A stretch of 63,565 nucleotides of DNA, counting the filler, from Malassezia furfur (lineage: Eukaryota), in the NCBI GenBank assembly GCA_052055015.1. It is 7 parts of 7 records of this genome, joined end to end, with 100 filler letters (N's around TTAATTAATTAA, not from the genome) between each part and the next. Parts side by side here need not be neighbours in the genome. Positions count along the whole stretch, not along the records: positions 36,566 to 45,511 come from JBQJIT010000442.1; positions 45,612 to 54,542 come from JBQJIT010000443.1; 5 more parts are not named here. One strand, 5' to 3'. The notes below the pieces were generated by a model that saw only the letters and a program-made list of their open reading frames with translations, was not told where the DNA came from and searched no databases. The position numbers were made by a program, and so were the translations under genes. Positions 42,276 through 52,712 of the stretch are shown in pieces (position 1 is the first letter of the stretch; each line of letters starts with the position of its first letter).

Positions 42276-44108
42276 CTACTTGTGCATGTCCGAGGTGTCT
42301 GCGAACGCCATGTTCTTCCAGACACTTTCGACGTACATGTCTTCCGTATCGTCCGACTCGGTAATGGTCGGGCGCAGGGGCTTGTCCGGCAGCGACTCGT
42401 CTGGCTCGGGCGCGCCTTGCGTCACCATCTTGCCCCCGCCGATCGTCAGCTTGATCATGTCTGGCCCGGGCTTAAACTCTTGTAGCGGCACCGGCTGGTC
42501 GGCCGGCACCTCGGTGCTGGGGTCCTCTGGGTCGGTGCGGTGCGTAATGTCGCGCAGGATGTTGGCCGCGGCCGTCTCGCCCATAAACCACGCCTGGTAT
42601 CCAGCATTCAGCGCACCGAACGCGTCGGCCACGTCGCCAATGGCGTAGATGTGGGGGAAGAAACGCAGCTGCTTGACATCGTGGTCGCCGTCGACATGCG
42701 TGTGTTCTTCGACACCGTTCGCCTTGTGATCCACGAAGCAGTCGCAGTCCTTGCACGGCGGCACGGTGTTGAACGGCTGTTGCGCCGCGTTCTCGTCGTC
42801 GGAGATCATCACCTGCAGCGTGCGCAGCACACTCACCAGCCGCGACTGGTGGTTGACGCTGCGCGGCGAAAACTTGGCCATGATCGACGAGTTGGGCTGC
42901 TGCCCGGTGCAGAGCAGAAGCAAGTCGCACTCCAGCTCCAGGCCCAGCGTCGTGCGGATGCGGTGGCGCATCGGCGGTGCGTCTTCGCCGTCGGGCACCG
43001 CCGGCTCGATGATCGTCGGCTTCGGCTTGCCGGGCGGCGCCGGCGTCTCGTCGGGCTCCGCGCGCTTCTGCTCAAAGTGCCGCACGTTGGAGCCCATGGG
43101 ACAGCCCTCGGCGAGCGCGAGGCGGTGGCCCAGGACGACGTGCACGCCGAGCTTCTCGAGCTGCGCCAAGGCATGCTCGTGGATGCGCTTGTCAAAGTTG
43201 GGCAGCAGCTGCTGCCGCGAGTGGATGAGCGTCACCTTCTTCTGAGGGTAGAGCGTCTTGATGTCGGTCGCCAGCTCGACGCCGAGCGCACCGCCGCCGA
43301 CAAGAATGATGTCGTTGCTTTTCTCGATGCGCTCGTGTGCCCTGCGCATCCACTGCACGCCCTTTTCCTTGCAAAAGGCGTCGTGGCGCAACGGGTCGGG
43401 CATGTGCGAGCCAAGGGCATAGATCAGGTGCGAGTAGGGGATGTTGACCGTGTCGATGGCCCACAGCCGGTTCTTGGTCTTTTGCTTCGACTCGTCGTCG
43501 TTGTGCTGGCGCACGGTCACATGCTTATCGGTCATGCTCACCACCTCGCCGCACACTATCAGATGCGGCTCGGCGTTCTGATAGGGGTCTGCGGGCTCGG
43601 CGGTGCCGTTGGTGTGCGTGCCGTTCACGGCAGCCTTTTCGCCGGGGGTGTCGTCGTCGAGGCGCAGCTTTTCGTCGACCATGTCTTGGACGTCCATGAC
43701 TTTGTTGTGCCGCGACACGGGTGCCTCCTCCGCCGCCTGCAACGTATCGCGGTCCTCGAGGATCGCGCCTTCGATCCCGGCCGCGTCCAGCGGTGCGTCG
43801 CCTGTCTTGCCGTCGTTCTGCGCGCCATGCAGGTGCGCCGCCGTGACAATCGTCGAGTCGGTCGGCTTGCGCGGCTTCGACTCGGAAAAGATGGAGGTGT
43901 ATGGTACAAACGCCTTGTGCTCGTGCCCGGGGTACACAATGAAGCGGGGGAAGACATAGAGGTGGTTAAAGTGGCTGTTGCGCTCCACCAGAATCACGCG
44001 GTGACTCGGCGGGAGCTTTTTGGCGAGCACCATGGCCGCGTGCATACCACCATAGCTCCCGCCCAGCACGACCACATTCTTTGTGCTCTCCGTGCTCAAT
44101 TTAATCAT
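42276..44108 (-). CDS. AIF/AMID-like FAD-dependent pyridine nucleotide oxidoreductase
   Basis: VVVLGGSYGG, ILVGGGALGVELA, LLLCTGQQPN, IYAIGDVAD. Confidence 0.88.
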   Translation of the reverse strand: MIKLSTESTKNVVVLGGSYGGMHAAMVLAKKLPPSHRVILVERNSHFNHLYVFPRFIVYPGHEHKAFVPYTSIFSESKPRKPTDSTIVTAAHLHGAQNDGKTGDAPLDAAGIEGAILEDRDTLQAAEEAPVSRHNKVMDVQDMVDEKLRLDDDTPGEKAAVNGTHTNGTAEPADPYQNAEPHLIVCGEVVSMTDKHVTVRQHNDDESKQKTKNRLWAIDTVNIPYSHLIYALGSHMPDPLRHDAFCKEKGVQWMRRAHERIEKSNDIILVGGGALGVELATDIKTLYPQKKVTLIHSRQQLLPNFDKRIHEHALAQLEKLGVHVVLGHRLALAEGCPMGSNVRHFEQKRAEPDETPAPPGKPKPTIIEPAVPDGEDAPPMRHRIRTTLGLELECDLLLLCTGQQPNSSIMAKFSPRSVNHQSRLVSVLRTLQVMISDDENAAQQPFNTVPPCKDCDCFVDHKANGVEEHTHVDGDHDVKQLRFFPHIYAIGDVADAFGALNAGYQAWFMGETAAANILRDITHRTDPEDPSTEVPADQPVPLQEFKPGPDMIKLTIGGGKMVTQGAPEPDESLPDKPLRPTITESDDTEDMYVESVWKNMAFADTSDMHK

Positions 44109-44262
44109 GTTGCGCGTTCCTGGCCTCGGTGCGACGACTCGCACGCAAAAGAGGGGTCGAGGGCGTAGGTAATCTGATAATATAAGGCGCCCACGCGGCT
44201 GCGGCCGACTTACCTAAGCCGCGGCCGGCCGCACGCCGCGCGCTTCGCCTCCCTTGCGCGTC

Positions 44263-44694
44263 ATGGCCGACCCCGGCGTGTCGCGGCTGTCGCAGCCTGA
44301 GGTGGTAGGTCGCGCCCACACGCTCACACGCAGCCCAGCGCACCCAAGGCGCCCAGCACCACCGAGGTGCTCCGCCAAATGTGGTCAAAGGAGTCCCTCG
44401 AGACCTTTCTCCGCGTGCCGTGCGCACGGAGCAGTTTGCTGTTCGCCATTGCGTCAGCCACGAGCATCGGCACCATTCAGGCGCTCGCGCGACGCGGTGT
44501 CGGCCGTGTTGTGAACTGGTCGGTGGGCACTTTCTTGTTCATCTCCGTGGTGGGATGGTACGCATGCATACTCACACAGGGAAACGTGCCGGCGGTCGCG
44601 TGCCGCCGAGGAGCTGCAAATGCGGCGCATCAAGGAAGAATATGCACGGCGGCGGCGCGGCGAACACAAAACCGCGCCCGCACCGCCCAACTAA
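44263..44694 (+). CDS. COX20: Cytochrome c oxidase assembly factor Cox20
   Basis: PCARSSLL..VNWSVGTF..GW|ETCRRSR. Introns 44305-44333 (29 nt) and 44558-44579 (22 nt). Confidence 0.85.
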
Positions 44695-44706
44695 ACACTA
44701 CACAGA

Positions 44707-45335
44707 CTATGCTGATCGCGGGGTGTACTCCAGCGGCTGCGTGAGCATTGGCGACGTACGCTGGGTGTCTTGTACCATGCGAGCCAGTCGCTAGCCTCGG
44801 TCGGGAGCAGACCCATGCTCCAGCACTTGTACAGGCCAACGGAGGTACACGCGAGCTGGCACACGATGAACACGAGCATCTGCGGAAGCACCGTGTGCTT
44901 CGGGTTGCGGTACGGCGCAAACACTGCGTGTGAGCGTGCAACGTACCTGCGTTGACGCTTGTGATGCCCTTGAGCGGGTTCACGACGGTCATGTACACGA
45001 CCATCATACTGAAAATCTGGACACTGTTGCCGCTCATGTAGAGCATCATGAGGTTCATAGGAATCGACTTGACCGGCGCGATCGCCGCCTCCCATGCCTT
45101 TGCCTGCTGGATCGAGGCGGTGTCGACCGGCTTGTTGGCGAGTGCCTTGCCCTTGTCCTGCTTGGCGAGCGACTGCGTCAGGGGAGCGCGTGACGTACGG
45201 TGGGGTCCGTGTACCCAATCATGGCGTCAGCAACGGCGTCGAGCCGCGCATGCCTGCGTCAGTCGCGGCCACGCACTTCGGCTTGATCTGGTCGTAGCCC
45301 AGAGACCACGACAGGAGCGAGGCGTCGTCGGGCAT
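44707..45335 (-). CDS. EMC4: ER membrane protein complex subunit 4
   Basis: KAWEAAIAPVKSIPMNLMMLYMSGNSVQIFSM..GLYKCWSMGLLPTEASDWL. Introns 45254-45276 (23 nt), 45173-45198 (26 nt), 44924-44946 (23 nt), 44737-44759 (23 nt). Confidence 0.93.
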
Positions 45336-45511
45336 GGTGCGTCCGTCCAAGTGGAGCGCGGCGGGCGGCGCGCCGGGGGCCCACGCCCTCCACTTTGCGT
45401 GGGGCTCGACGGAGATTTCTGCAAATTGCGACCGCAGAAAAAAAGTTTTGGCGCCTTTCTGCTGCTGCCCGACATGCCGCCGGTGAGCGCGTCGCAGGTG
45501 CGCAAAGCGAC

Positions 45512-45611
45512 NNNNNNNNNNNNNNNNNNNNNNNNNNNNNNNNNNNNNNNNNNNNTTAATTAATTAANNNNNNNNNNNNNNNNNNNNNNNNNNNNNNNNN
45601 NNNNNNNNNNN
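45512..45611. other. Artificial contig spacer
   Basis: N44-TTAATTAATTAA-N44. Confidence 0.99.
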
Positions 45612-46095
45612 AGGCGCTCGATCGCACTCGAGGCGCTCTCGACCGGCTGCACGGTGCGCTGCGGGTGCACCAGTGCACGGTGCCGTGCAAGCGGCGCCGC
45701 CACCGGTTCGCGCACCCGCCGCCGCGCGCCGCTGTTTACTACGACGTCCGCGGGGAGCGGCGCCTTGGCCGCCTCGGGGCGGTGCAAGTTCCACAACACG
45801 AGCTTTTGGTTCGACGTGCTCGCGATCCACTCATGCCGCACATGGTGCGGATTCCACTGGATGTCGGCCACTTCCCAGGTGGTGCGGTGTGCGTAAAACT
45901 GCGGCAGCGCATACGGGTTCTCCAGATCGAGCACGAACAGGCCAATCTTGGCGCCCAGCACGACGTAGCGGCTCGCCAAGGTCAGCCACAACACGTACAT
46001 GGGCTGAGACTCATACTGCCCATCGGCTGCATCATGTTGATCACCGCCGACTGGCTCATCGTGTCGCCCAGCGCGCCGGAGTCGACGCGCTGCAT
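45612..46095 (-). CDS. MTC5: SEA/GATOR2 WD40 subunit Mtc5/Sea3/WDR59, N-terminal fragment
   Basis: GSMSLSP..RYVVLGAKIGLFVLDLENPY..TTWEVADIQWNPH..IASTSNQK. Needs a 23-nt intron near 45972-45998. Confidence 0.8.
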
Positions 46096-46166
46096 GCTGC
46101 TCTGCGCGCCCGAGTCGCGGCCGGTGCGGAGACGGTAGGCGATCGGGCGATCGGGCGTACCTGGCC

Positions 46167-47993
46167 ATGCACCTCGACGCGTCCGACGCGGTGCGGCTGC
46201 GGCCCGCCGCGCACGCGCTCGGTGCCGCTGTGCACGCCGCGGACGGATGGGAAACGGTGCAGCGCATGTATGTGCAGTGCCTGTGGCTTGGCGAGGCACA
46301 CACGCCGCTCCGTGCGTTCCTCGACGTGCTGCAGTCGGTCGAGGCCGGCGCGCGCCGCGTCGTCCACCTCGTGCGCACCCCCGCCGAGCTCCGCGCGCGC
46401 TTCCCAGCATGGGCCAATACGTCGATCGAGGCACTGCGCCGCGGCGAAGGGCCGTCGTCGCGCTCGCTCGAGACGGACGCGATGCAGGCGGCCGCCATGC
46501 ACGGCCCTTTGGCCCGCACGGAGCACGAGCCCGGTGCGTTGGCCCAGTTCACGCTCGCCATGCACTGCCGCGAGTACGTTGTCTTCTCACACAGGGTGCA
46601 ACTGCAGCTGATCCTTGTCGCATGGCTCCTGAGTCGCCAGGCGCTGGGCGACGCGTCGCTTGCCGCAGCGCCAGGGCCGCCGAGCGCCGCCCCCGCGCCC
46701 AAAAAACGCAAGGCATCCAAACCCACGCGCTGGAACGGCCTGGCCCCCGCGCTGCCATTTGCGTTCGCATGGGAGACGATGGGCTCGCGCGCGAGTCCAA
46801 CGCCCGCACGACCTCGTGCTGTCGAGGTAGCACCAGACACCCATGCGGAGCCGACCGCGCTCGCAGCGCGCGAATCGGATGCGTCCCGCTCGCTGGATGC
46901 GCCGGGTGCACTGTTTGCCGCACCTTCGTCTGCCGACGGGCCGGAGCTGTCGTACGACGCGCGCCTGGCGCTGCTTCCCCAGCTCTGGGACCAGCTGGGA
47001 GACCAGCTGTGCCTACTGGAGTGTGCGCCGCCGTCCTCGACGCGCGAGGCGTATGGATCAGCGTCGCGATTGCGCGATGCACAGGACACACGCGACGAGG
47101 CACAGTGGGTGTGTGCGGCGGTGCTCGAGCCTGCCTTCCGCAAAACGCTGCCGAAAGAGTGTGCGCGGCTGCGCGCCAAGTGCTATGGCCCCGGTCCCGG
47201 TGCCGACGTCGACGTCGCGCCGCGATCGGTCGCACGCCGCCTGAAGCGTGTCACGTCGGCGCCCGCTCACCCTGTCGAGAAGCCCAAAGAGGCTACGGCG
47301 CGCTCCGATGAGCGCACCATGATCCGCGCCGACCGGCGGCAGCGCGAAGTGCACATGCCCCGGCAATTTAAGCGGAGTACAAGTGTGTCGGTAGCCAGTA
47401 TGCATGCGGCGCCCACCAGCAAGCGGAAGCGGCCCGCAAGCCGATGGGGTGCTGCGGCCGAGGCGCATACGCTAGTGTGCGCCACGCCTGAAAAGCCCAA
47501 AGCGGCGGCGCCTCTCACGGCGCTGGCCCTCGGCTCGCCGTCGCCGTCGCCATCGCCGCCCATGTCGCCGTTGCAGCACAGCGCCCCGTCGCTCGGCGTG
47601 CGGCGTACCTCGGAGCCGCGTGCCTGGACGGGCTCGCCTGAGCCGCCTGGGCGGCCCACGATGCTAGGCGAGGGCGGGGGGGAAGGGATAGTAGCGGGCG
47701 CTTCCTCACCGATGCCACCACCGGATGCCGTGTCCGCCCCACCGAGCACCTGGGCGTCTGGCGTGGCTCTGGTGCCTCCGGCTTCGGCACCGGTAGGGGC
47801 CGTGTCTACCGAGTCGGCACCCCTGCCGACGGCGCCCGCTTCGGTGCCCGCTTCGGTGCCTGCCTCGGCACCCCTGCCGACGGCACCCGCTGCGCATGCC
47901 CTCCCCGCGCATGCCTCTGACTCGGACGAAGAGCTCGTGCTGCCCGCCTGGCGCAAAGCGGCGTTTGTATCTACGTCGTTGCCCTATCTTTAA
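46167..47993 (+). CDS. SLD3: Sld3/Treslin-like DNA replication initiation factor
   Basis: Removing a 21-nt intron (46574-46594) gives CRE|VQLQLIL (Sld3 'RETQLQII'); also DQLCL and VLEPAFRKTLP, plus a CDK-site-rich tail (TPEK, SPSP). Confidence 0.65.
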   Translation: MHLDASDAVRLRPAAHALGAAVHAADGWETVQRMYVQCLWLGEAHTPLRAFLDVLQSVEAGARRVVHLVRTPAELRARFPAWANTSIEALRRGEGPSSRSLETDAMQAAAMHGPLARTEHEPGALAQFTLAMHCREYVVFSHRVQLQLILVAWLLSRQALGDASLAAAPGPPSAAPAPKKRKASKPTRWNGLAPALPFAFAWETMGSRASPTPARPRAVEVAPDTHAEPTALAARESDASRSLDAPGALFAAPSSADGPELSYDARLALLPQLWDQLGDQLCLLECAPPSSTREAYGSASRLRDAQDTRDEAQWVCAAVLEPAFRKTLPKECARLRAKCYGPGPGADVDVAPRSVARRLKRVTSAPAHPVEKPKEATARSDERTMIRADRRQREVHMPRQFKRSTSVSVASMHAAPTSKRKRPASRWGAAAEAHTLVCATPEKPKAAAPLTALALGSPSPSPSPPMSPLQHSAPSLGVRRTSEPRAWTGSPEPPGRPTMLGEGGGEGIVAGASSPMPPPDAVSAPPSTWASGVALVPPASAPVGAVSTESAPLPTAPASVPASVPASAPLPTAPAAHALPAHASDSDEELVLPAWRKAAFVSTSLPYL

Positions 47994-47995
47994 AG

Positions 47996-48030
<35 letters not shown>

Positions 48031-50968
48031 TGACGTCCCAGCCCTGGAGCCGCATGCGCTCCTTGTTCCGCTTGTGCTTCATAGAAAGCTCGTCGAGCAG
48101 CACCAACAGGTCCTCGTTCTCCTGTGCCAGGTCCGCGGCGTCCTTGGAGGCGGCGGGCGCTGCCGGCTGTGCCTCGCGCAAGCGGGTCGCCTCGGCGGCG
48201 TGGGCGTCGCGCAATGCAGCCGTCTCGGCGGCGTGCGCCTCGCGTAGCTGGCGCGTCTCGGCGGCGTGCGCCTCGCGCACGCGCTGCAGCTCCTCAGCAT
48301 GCTTCGCCTCAAGCTGCTGCAGCTCGGCGACGCGCGCGTCCAGGCGCTGCTGCGTGTCGGTGTGCTCGTCGCGCACGCGCTGCAGTTCGGCCTTGACGCG
48401 CTGCGCAATGTGGCTGTACTCGTCGCGCGTGTGCGCCAGCTCGGCCTCCAAGGCGTGGACGCGCGTACTGTCCGTGGGCACATCGGCATGCTGCGTGCGG
48501 AGCGCCTGCTGCGCCTCTTCGAGCGCCTGCTTGGTGGTGTCGAGTACGCTGCGCACGGCATGCAGCTGCTCGCGCAGCGCCGTGGTCTGTGCGGCCTCGT
48601 CGTGCGCCTTGGCGAGCTCGGCGCGCAGACCCTCAACAAGCGCCGCCTCGGTCTTAGCGTGCTGCAGCTCGGCCTGGAGCGTGGCGACCTGCTGCCGCGC
48701 GTCGAGGAGCTCTGCCGAGGTCTGTGCAGCATCTGCCGAGGTCGCATCCGGCTCGACGAGGATCGCTTTCTGCACGTGGACGTAGTGCTCCTTCCAGAAC
48801 TCGACAAACAGCCACGAGAACCACACGGTGGGCATGGCGCCCTGGGGCGCGTCGGCGGGGTGGTCGGCGCGCGCGACCAGCTGCTCGAACACGTCGGGGC
48901 CGACGCTCGCGAAGCGTGGGTCGCTCTTGAGCCGCACAAGGCGCGTCGCAAACGCATCGGCGCCGACACGCGTGTGCAGAATGGGGTGCATTGCACGGCG
49001 CGTCAATACGCCGTCCTCGTCCGAGGTGAGCGGATTGAACTCGTACAGCTCGCCCAGCACAAACGCGGCGAGGCCCTGGATCAGCGGGTCGACGCCGTGT
49101 GACTGCGCCACGGGCTGCAGCACGACTTGGAGGTTGGCGCTCTCGCTCACAAGGTCCGCGACCGTCTCGGGGCTCTGCCAGAGCCAGTGGCACAGCAGCA
49201 CGAGGTAGCCGACCAGCACGCGCGTCCAGTCCTCGGAGGTGTTGGCACCCGCGTCCGCGGCCGCCGCGCGCTCGCGACGCACCGCCTCGCCGAGCTCACG
49301 CGTGGCCATCGCCACATTGCCCACGACGAGGTGCAGCAACGTCGTCGGAGGGTCATCGCCCGGGCGTGTCTCGAGCGTGGCAGTGGCGACACAGCGCCCC
49401 GTGTCGTCGAGGTGGATGCGGCGCGCAAACTCCTTGGTCGTGTCGCTGCCGTGCAGCAGGCTGCTCAGCATCAGGCACGCAAACAGATACTGCGACGCAT
49501 CGAAGCGCGTGTGCTCCGTCGAGGACACGAGCGAGGTGCTCGGCAGGTGCGCGATCGTGTCGAGCAACAGGCCGTTGGCATTGCCGTGGTTCTGGTCGGG
49601 CGCCGGCGCAGCCACACATGCATGCAGTACCGTCATGCGTACGTCGATGTTTTGCGCAACGAGCGCATCAAACGCCGCCAGCGCCGCGCCGCGCACCGCG
49701 AGTGCCTGCGCGGCTGCATCGGTCGCCCCAGGGCCGCGCAGCGCGAGCGCAATTAGGCACATCATCGCCGGCTGCGGCGCCTGCCACGACAATTCGTACG
49801 CAGGTTCTGCCACGGCGGCGTCGCTCGGCACGTCGCGGCGCACGAGCGCGACAGGCGTCACGACGGCGGTGCGCAGCAGGTCCTGGTTCTGCCGTGAGCT
49901 GCGTACGATCGCCGCGAGGAGAAGCAGCGTGTGCGCCTTGAGCAGCGGCGGGGCAAGACTCGCAAACGCGAGCTGCACGAGGCACTCGGACAGGCCGCCG
50001 TGTGCCATCGCGCGCTGATTTTCGCGGTGGTCGTCGCCGTGGCCCTCGACAAGATGCCGCGTGCACTGCACGAGCAGCAGCGCATTGGCGAGCTTCTCTT
50101 CGTCCCACTCCTGGAGGAGGAAGGCATCGCGCTGCTGCGCATATTCGTGCCGCGCGATCTCATTTGCGTCGGCCGGCAGCGGCGGTGGGAAAAAGAGGAG
50201 CGGGGCAAGAAGCGGGATCGAAAGCGTCTCGCGGAAGTAGTTCTGGTTCGATGCATTGTCGCGCAGCAACGCCTCGAGCGCCGTGAGCGCATCCTGGACG
50301 ACGACGCCGCCCTCGATGCGCCCCTCTTGCGCGACAATGTCAAGTAGGCGCTCAAACGCGCCCTCAAACGCGATGATCTTTTGGATATCGACGCTCCCGT
50401 GTACTAGCGAGGGCAGAAGAAGGAGCGCCTCGTTCCGAATAATCTCGGTGCTCGACGTGGGCGCCGCGTCCAAACACTGCAGCACCGCACTGCATCCGCC
50501 CGGTGCGGCAAGCACGCGGTCCTGTACCTCGGCACGGTGCTGCTCCAGCAGAACAGCAAGCAGCTGGAGCACCGCAAAGCGCGTGTAGAACGCGTGCGTC
50601 GGCGCGAGCAGACCGAGCAGGCCGAGCAGCGCATCAGGCTCGTCGAGCAGCTGCTGCTGCGCGCCCTTGTCAGTCGGCGACTGGCACAGCGCGAGGCACG
50701 TCTCGACCGCCGCACGGAGCATTTCCTCATCCGGCTCAGGTGCCTTGATCCAGCGCAGGAGCGGCACGAGCGCATGGGTGCGCACCGTCGTCGCATGGTC
50801 GCGCGTCAGCGCCTTGAGCGAGAGCAGCGCGGCACGCCGGTCTTCGCGCGTGAGTGCGCCATCACCGAGCTTCTGCGCGAGAACCTGCACCGTCTTGTCA
50901 GGCGTGGGCACCGCATTCGCCGCAAACTTCTCGTACTGCTGCCGTAGCAGCCCCAGGCCGTGGAGCAT
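47990..50968 (-). CDS. USO1: ER-Golgi tether Uso1/p115
   Basis: [46 protein letters not shown]; coiled coil and acidic tail. Confidence 0.92.
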
Positions 50969-51109
50969 GTGGGCGCACGGATGGGAGCGCCGCGTGCGCG
51001 CTGCCACGTGCAGGTGTCGGCGTGTGGAGGCGGCGGGGGGGAAGTTGGGGCGCCGCGGCGCCAGGGCCGCACCAAGCGCCGATTGCTAAGCAGCTCGCGC
51101 ACGTCCAGC

Positions 51110-52627
51110 ATGACCGTCTGGAGCTACGACGAGGTCGCAAAGCACGCATCTCGCGATGACTGCTACGTTGTGCTGTATGACAAGGTGTACGACGTGACCG
51201 ATTTCCTCCCCGACCACCCGGGCGGCACCCAGATCATTCTCAAGTACGCCGGGAAGGACGCTACGTACGTGGCCTGCCGCTGATCCAGCTCCGTGTTTGA
51301 CCCCGTGCACCCGCCGGGCACCATCGAGAAGCACCTTCCCAAGGAAAAACATCTCGGCTCGGTGGATACCAACACGGTACCCGAGTCGCTGCGCAAGGAA
51401 CGCGAGGAGCAGCAGCGCGAGGAACAGCAGCGCCGCGAAAACCTCCCGCCCCTGGACCAGTGCCTCAATTTGCAAGACTTCCGCCTGGTTGCGCGCCAAG
51501 TGATGACGCCGCTGGCCTGGGCGTACTACAGCTCGGCCGCCGACGACCTCGAGACGTACCACGAGAACCGTGCCGTGTTCCGCCGCATCTGGTTCCGTCC
51601 GCGCATCCTGCGCAATGTGCGCCACGTCGATCCCAGCACGTCGATTCTCGGGCACCCAAGCGCACTTCCCGTGTACATCACTGCCACGGCGCTTGGCCGC
51701 CTCGGGCACCCCGACGGCGAGAAAAACTTGACGCGCGCCGCTGCGCGCACCGGCCTCATCCAAATGATCCCGACGCTGTCGTCGTGCAGCTTTGACGAGA
51801 TTGTGAATGAGCGCACCGAAGCCGGTAAGCCCACGCAGTTCTTCCAGCTGTACGTGAACAGCGACCGCAGCGTCGTGCGCGAGATGCTGCGCAAGGCCGA
51901 AGCGGCCGACATTCAGGCGCTCTTTATCACCGTCGACGCGCCGCAGCTCGGCCGCCGCGAACAGGACATGCGCATGCACTTTGACGATGCAGGGTCCAAC
52001 GTGCAGAGCAGCTCGGGCGACGAGGTGTCGCGCGACGAGGGCGCTGCACGCGCCATCAGCTCGTTCATCGACCCGGGCCTCGACTGGGACGACGCGATGT
52101 GGATCAAGAACCAGGTGCGCATGCCTGTCCTGCTCAAGGGCGTGCAGTGCTGGGAGGACGCGCTGAAGGCCTACGAGTTGGGCTTTGCAGGCTGCGTCTT
52201 GTCCAACCACGGTGGGCGGCAGCTCGACTTCTCGCGCTCGGGCATCGAAGTGCTCGAAGAAGTGGTGTACGAGCTGCGCAAGCGCGGCAAGGCGCCCGGG
52301 CCGGCGTTCCAGCTGTTTGTCGACGGTGGAATCAGCCGCGGCACCGACGTGCTAAAGGCGATTGCGCTCGGCGCGACCGCCGTCGGCATCGGCCGCCCGT
52401 TCATCTACGCGTTCTCGGCATACGGTGCGGACGGTGTGGTACGGGCGGTGCAGATCCTGCGCGACGAGATCGAGATGAACATGCGACTGATCGGTGCCCC
52501 GACGATGCGCGACATTGTGCCCGAGATGGTCGACGTGCGTGCACTCCACAACCGCGGCACGACCATGGGCGAGCTGCCCGAGACCAACGTGCTCAACCCC
52601 ACGGGCGAGCGCAAGAGCCACCTGTAG
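51110..52627 (+). CDS. CYB2: Flavocytochrome b2 / L-lactate dehydrogenase (cytochrome)-like protein
   Basis: Cyt b5 domain (HPGG) plus FMN alpha-hydroxyacid oxidase domain ([18 protein letters not shown]); 24-nt intron 51265-51288; ends in SHL. Confidence 0.9.
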
Positions 52628-52712
52628 GCGCCATAGATCGGGTCCGATCGGGGCTGCGGCGCACGCCGCCCGGCGCGTGCCTTTGTTCTCCACAGCGGTC
52701 GTCGTCGGCGTG

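Noticed and set aside
45474..45511. ORF start MPPVSASQVRKA at the contig end
   Set aside because: Only 12 codons before the gap, too short to assign.
47993..48030. Uso1 ending in DDEL, like an ER-retention signal; (GAC)n run
   Set aside because: Uso1 is cytosolic with a normal acidic tail and no signal peptide.
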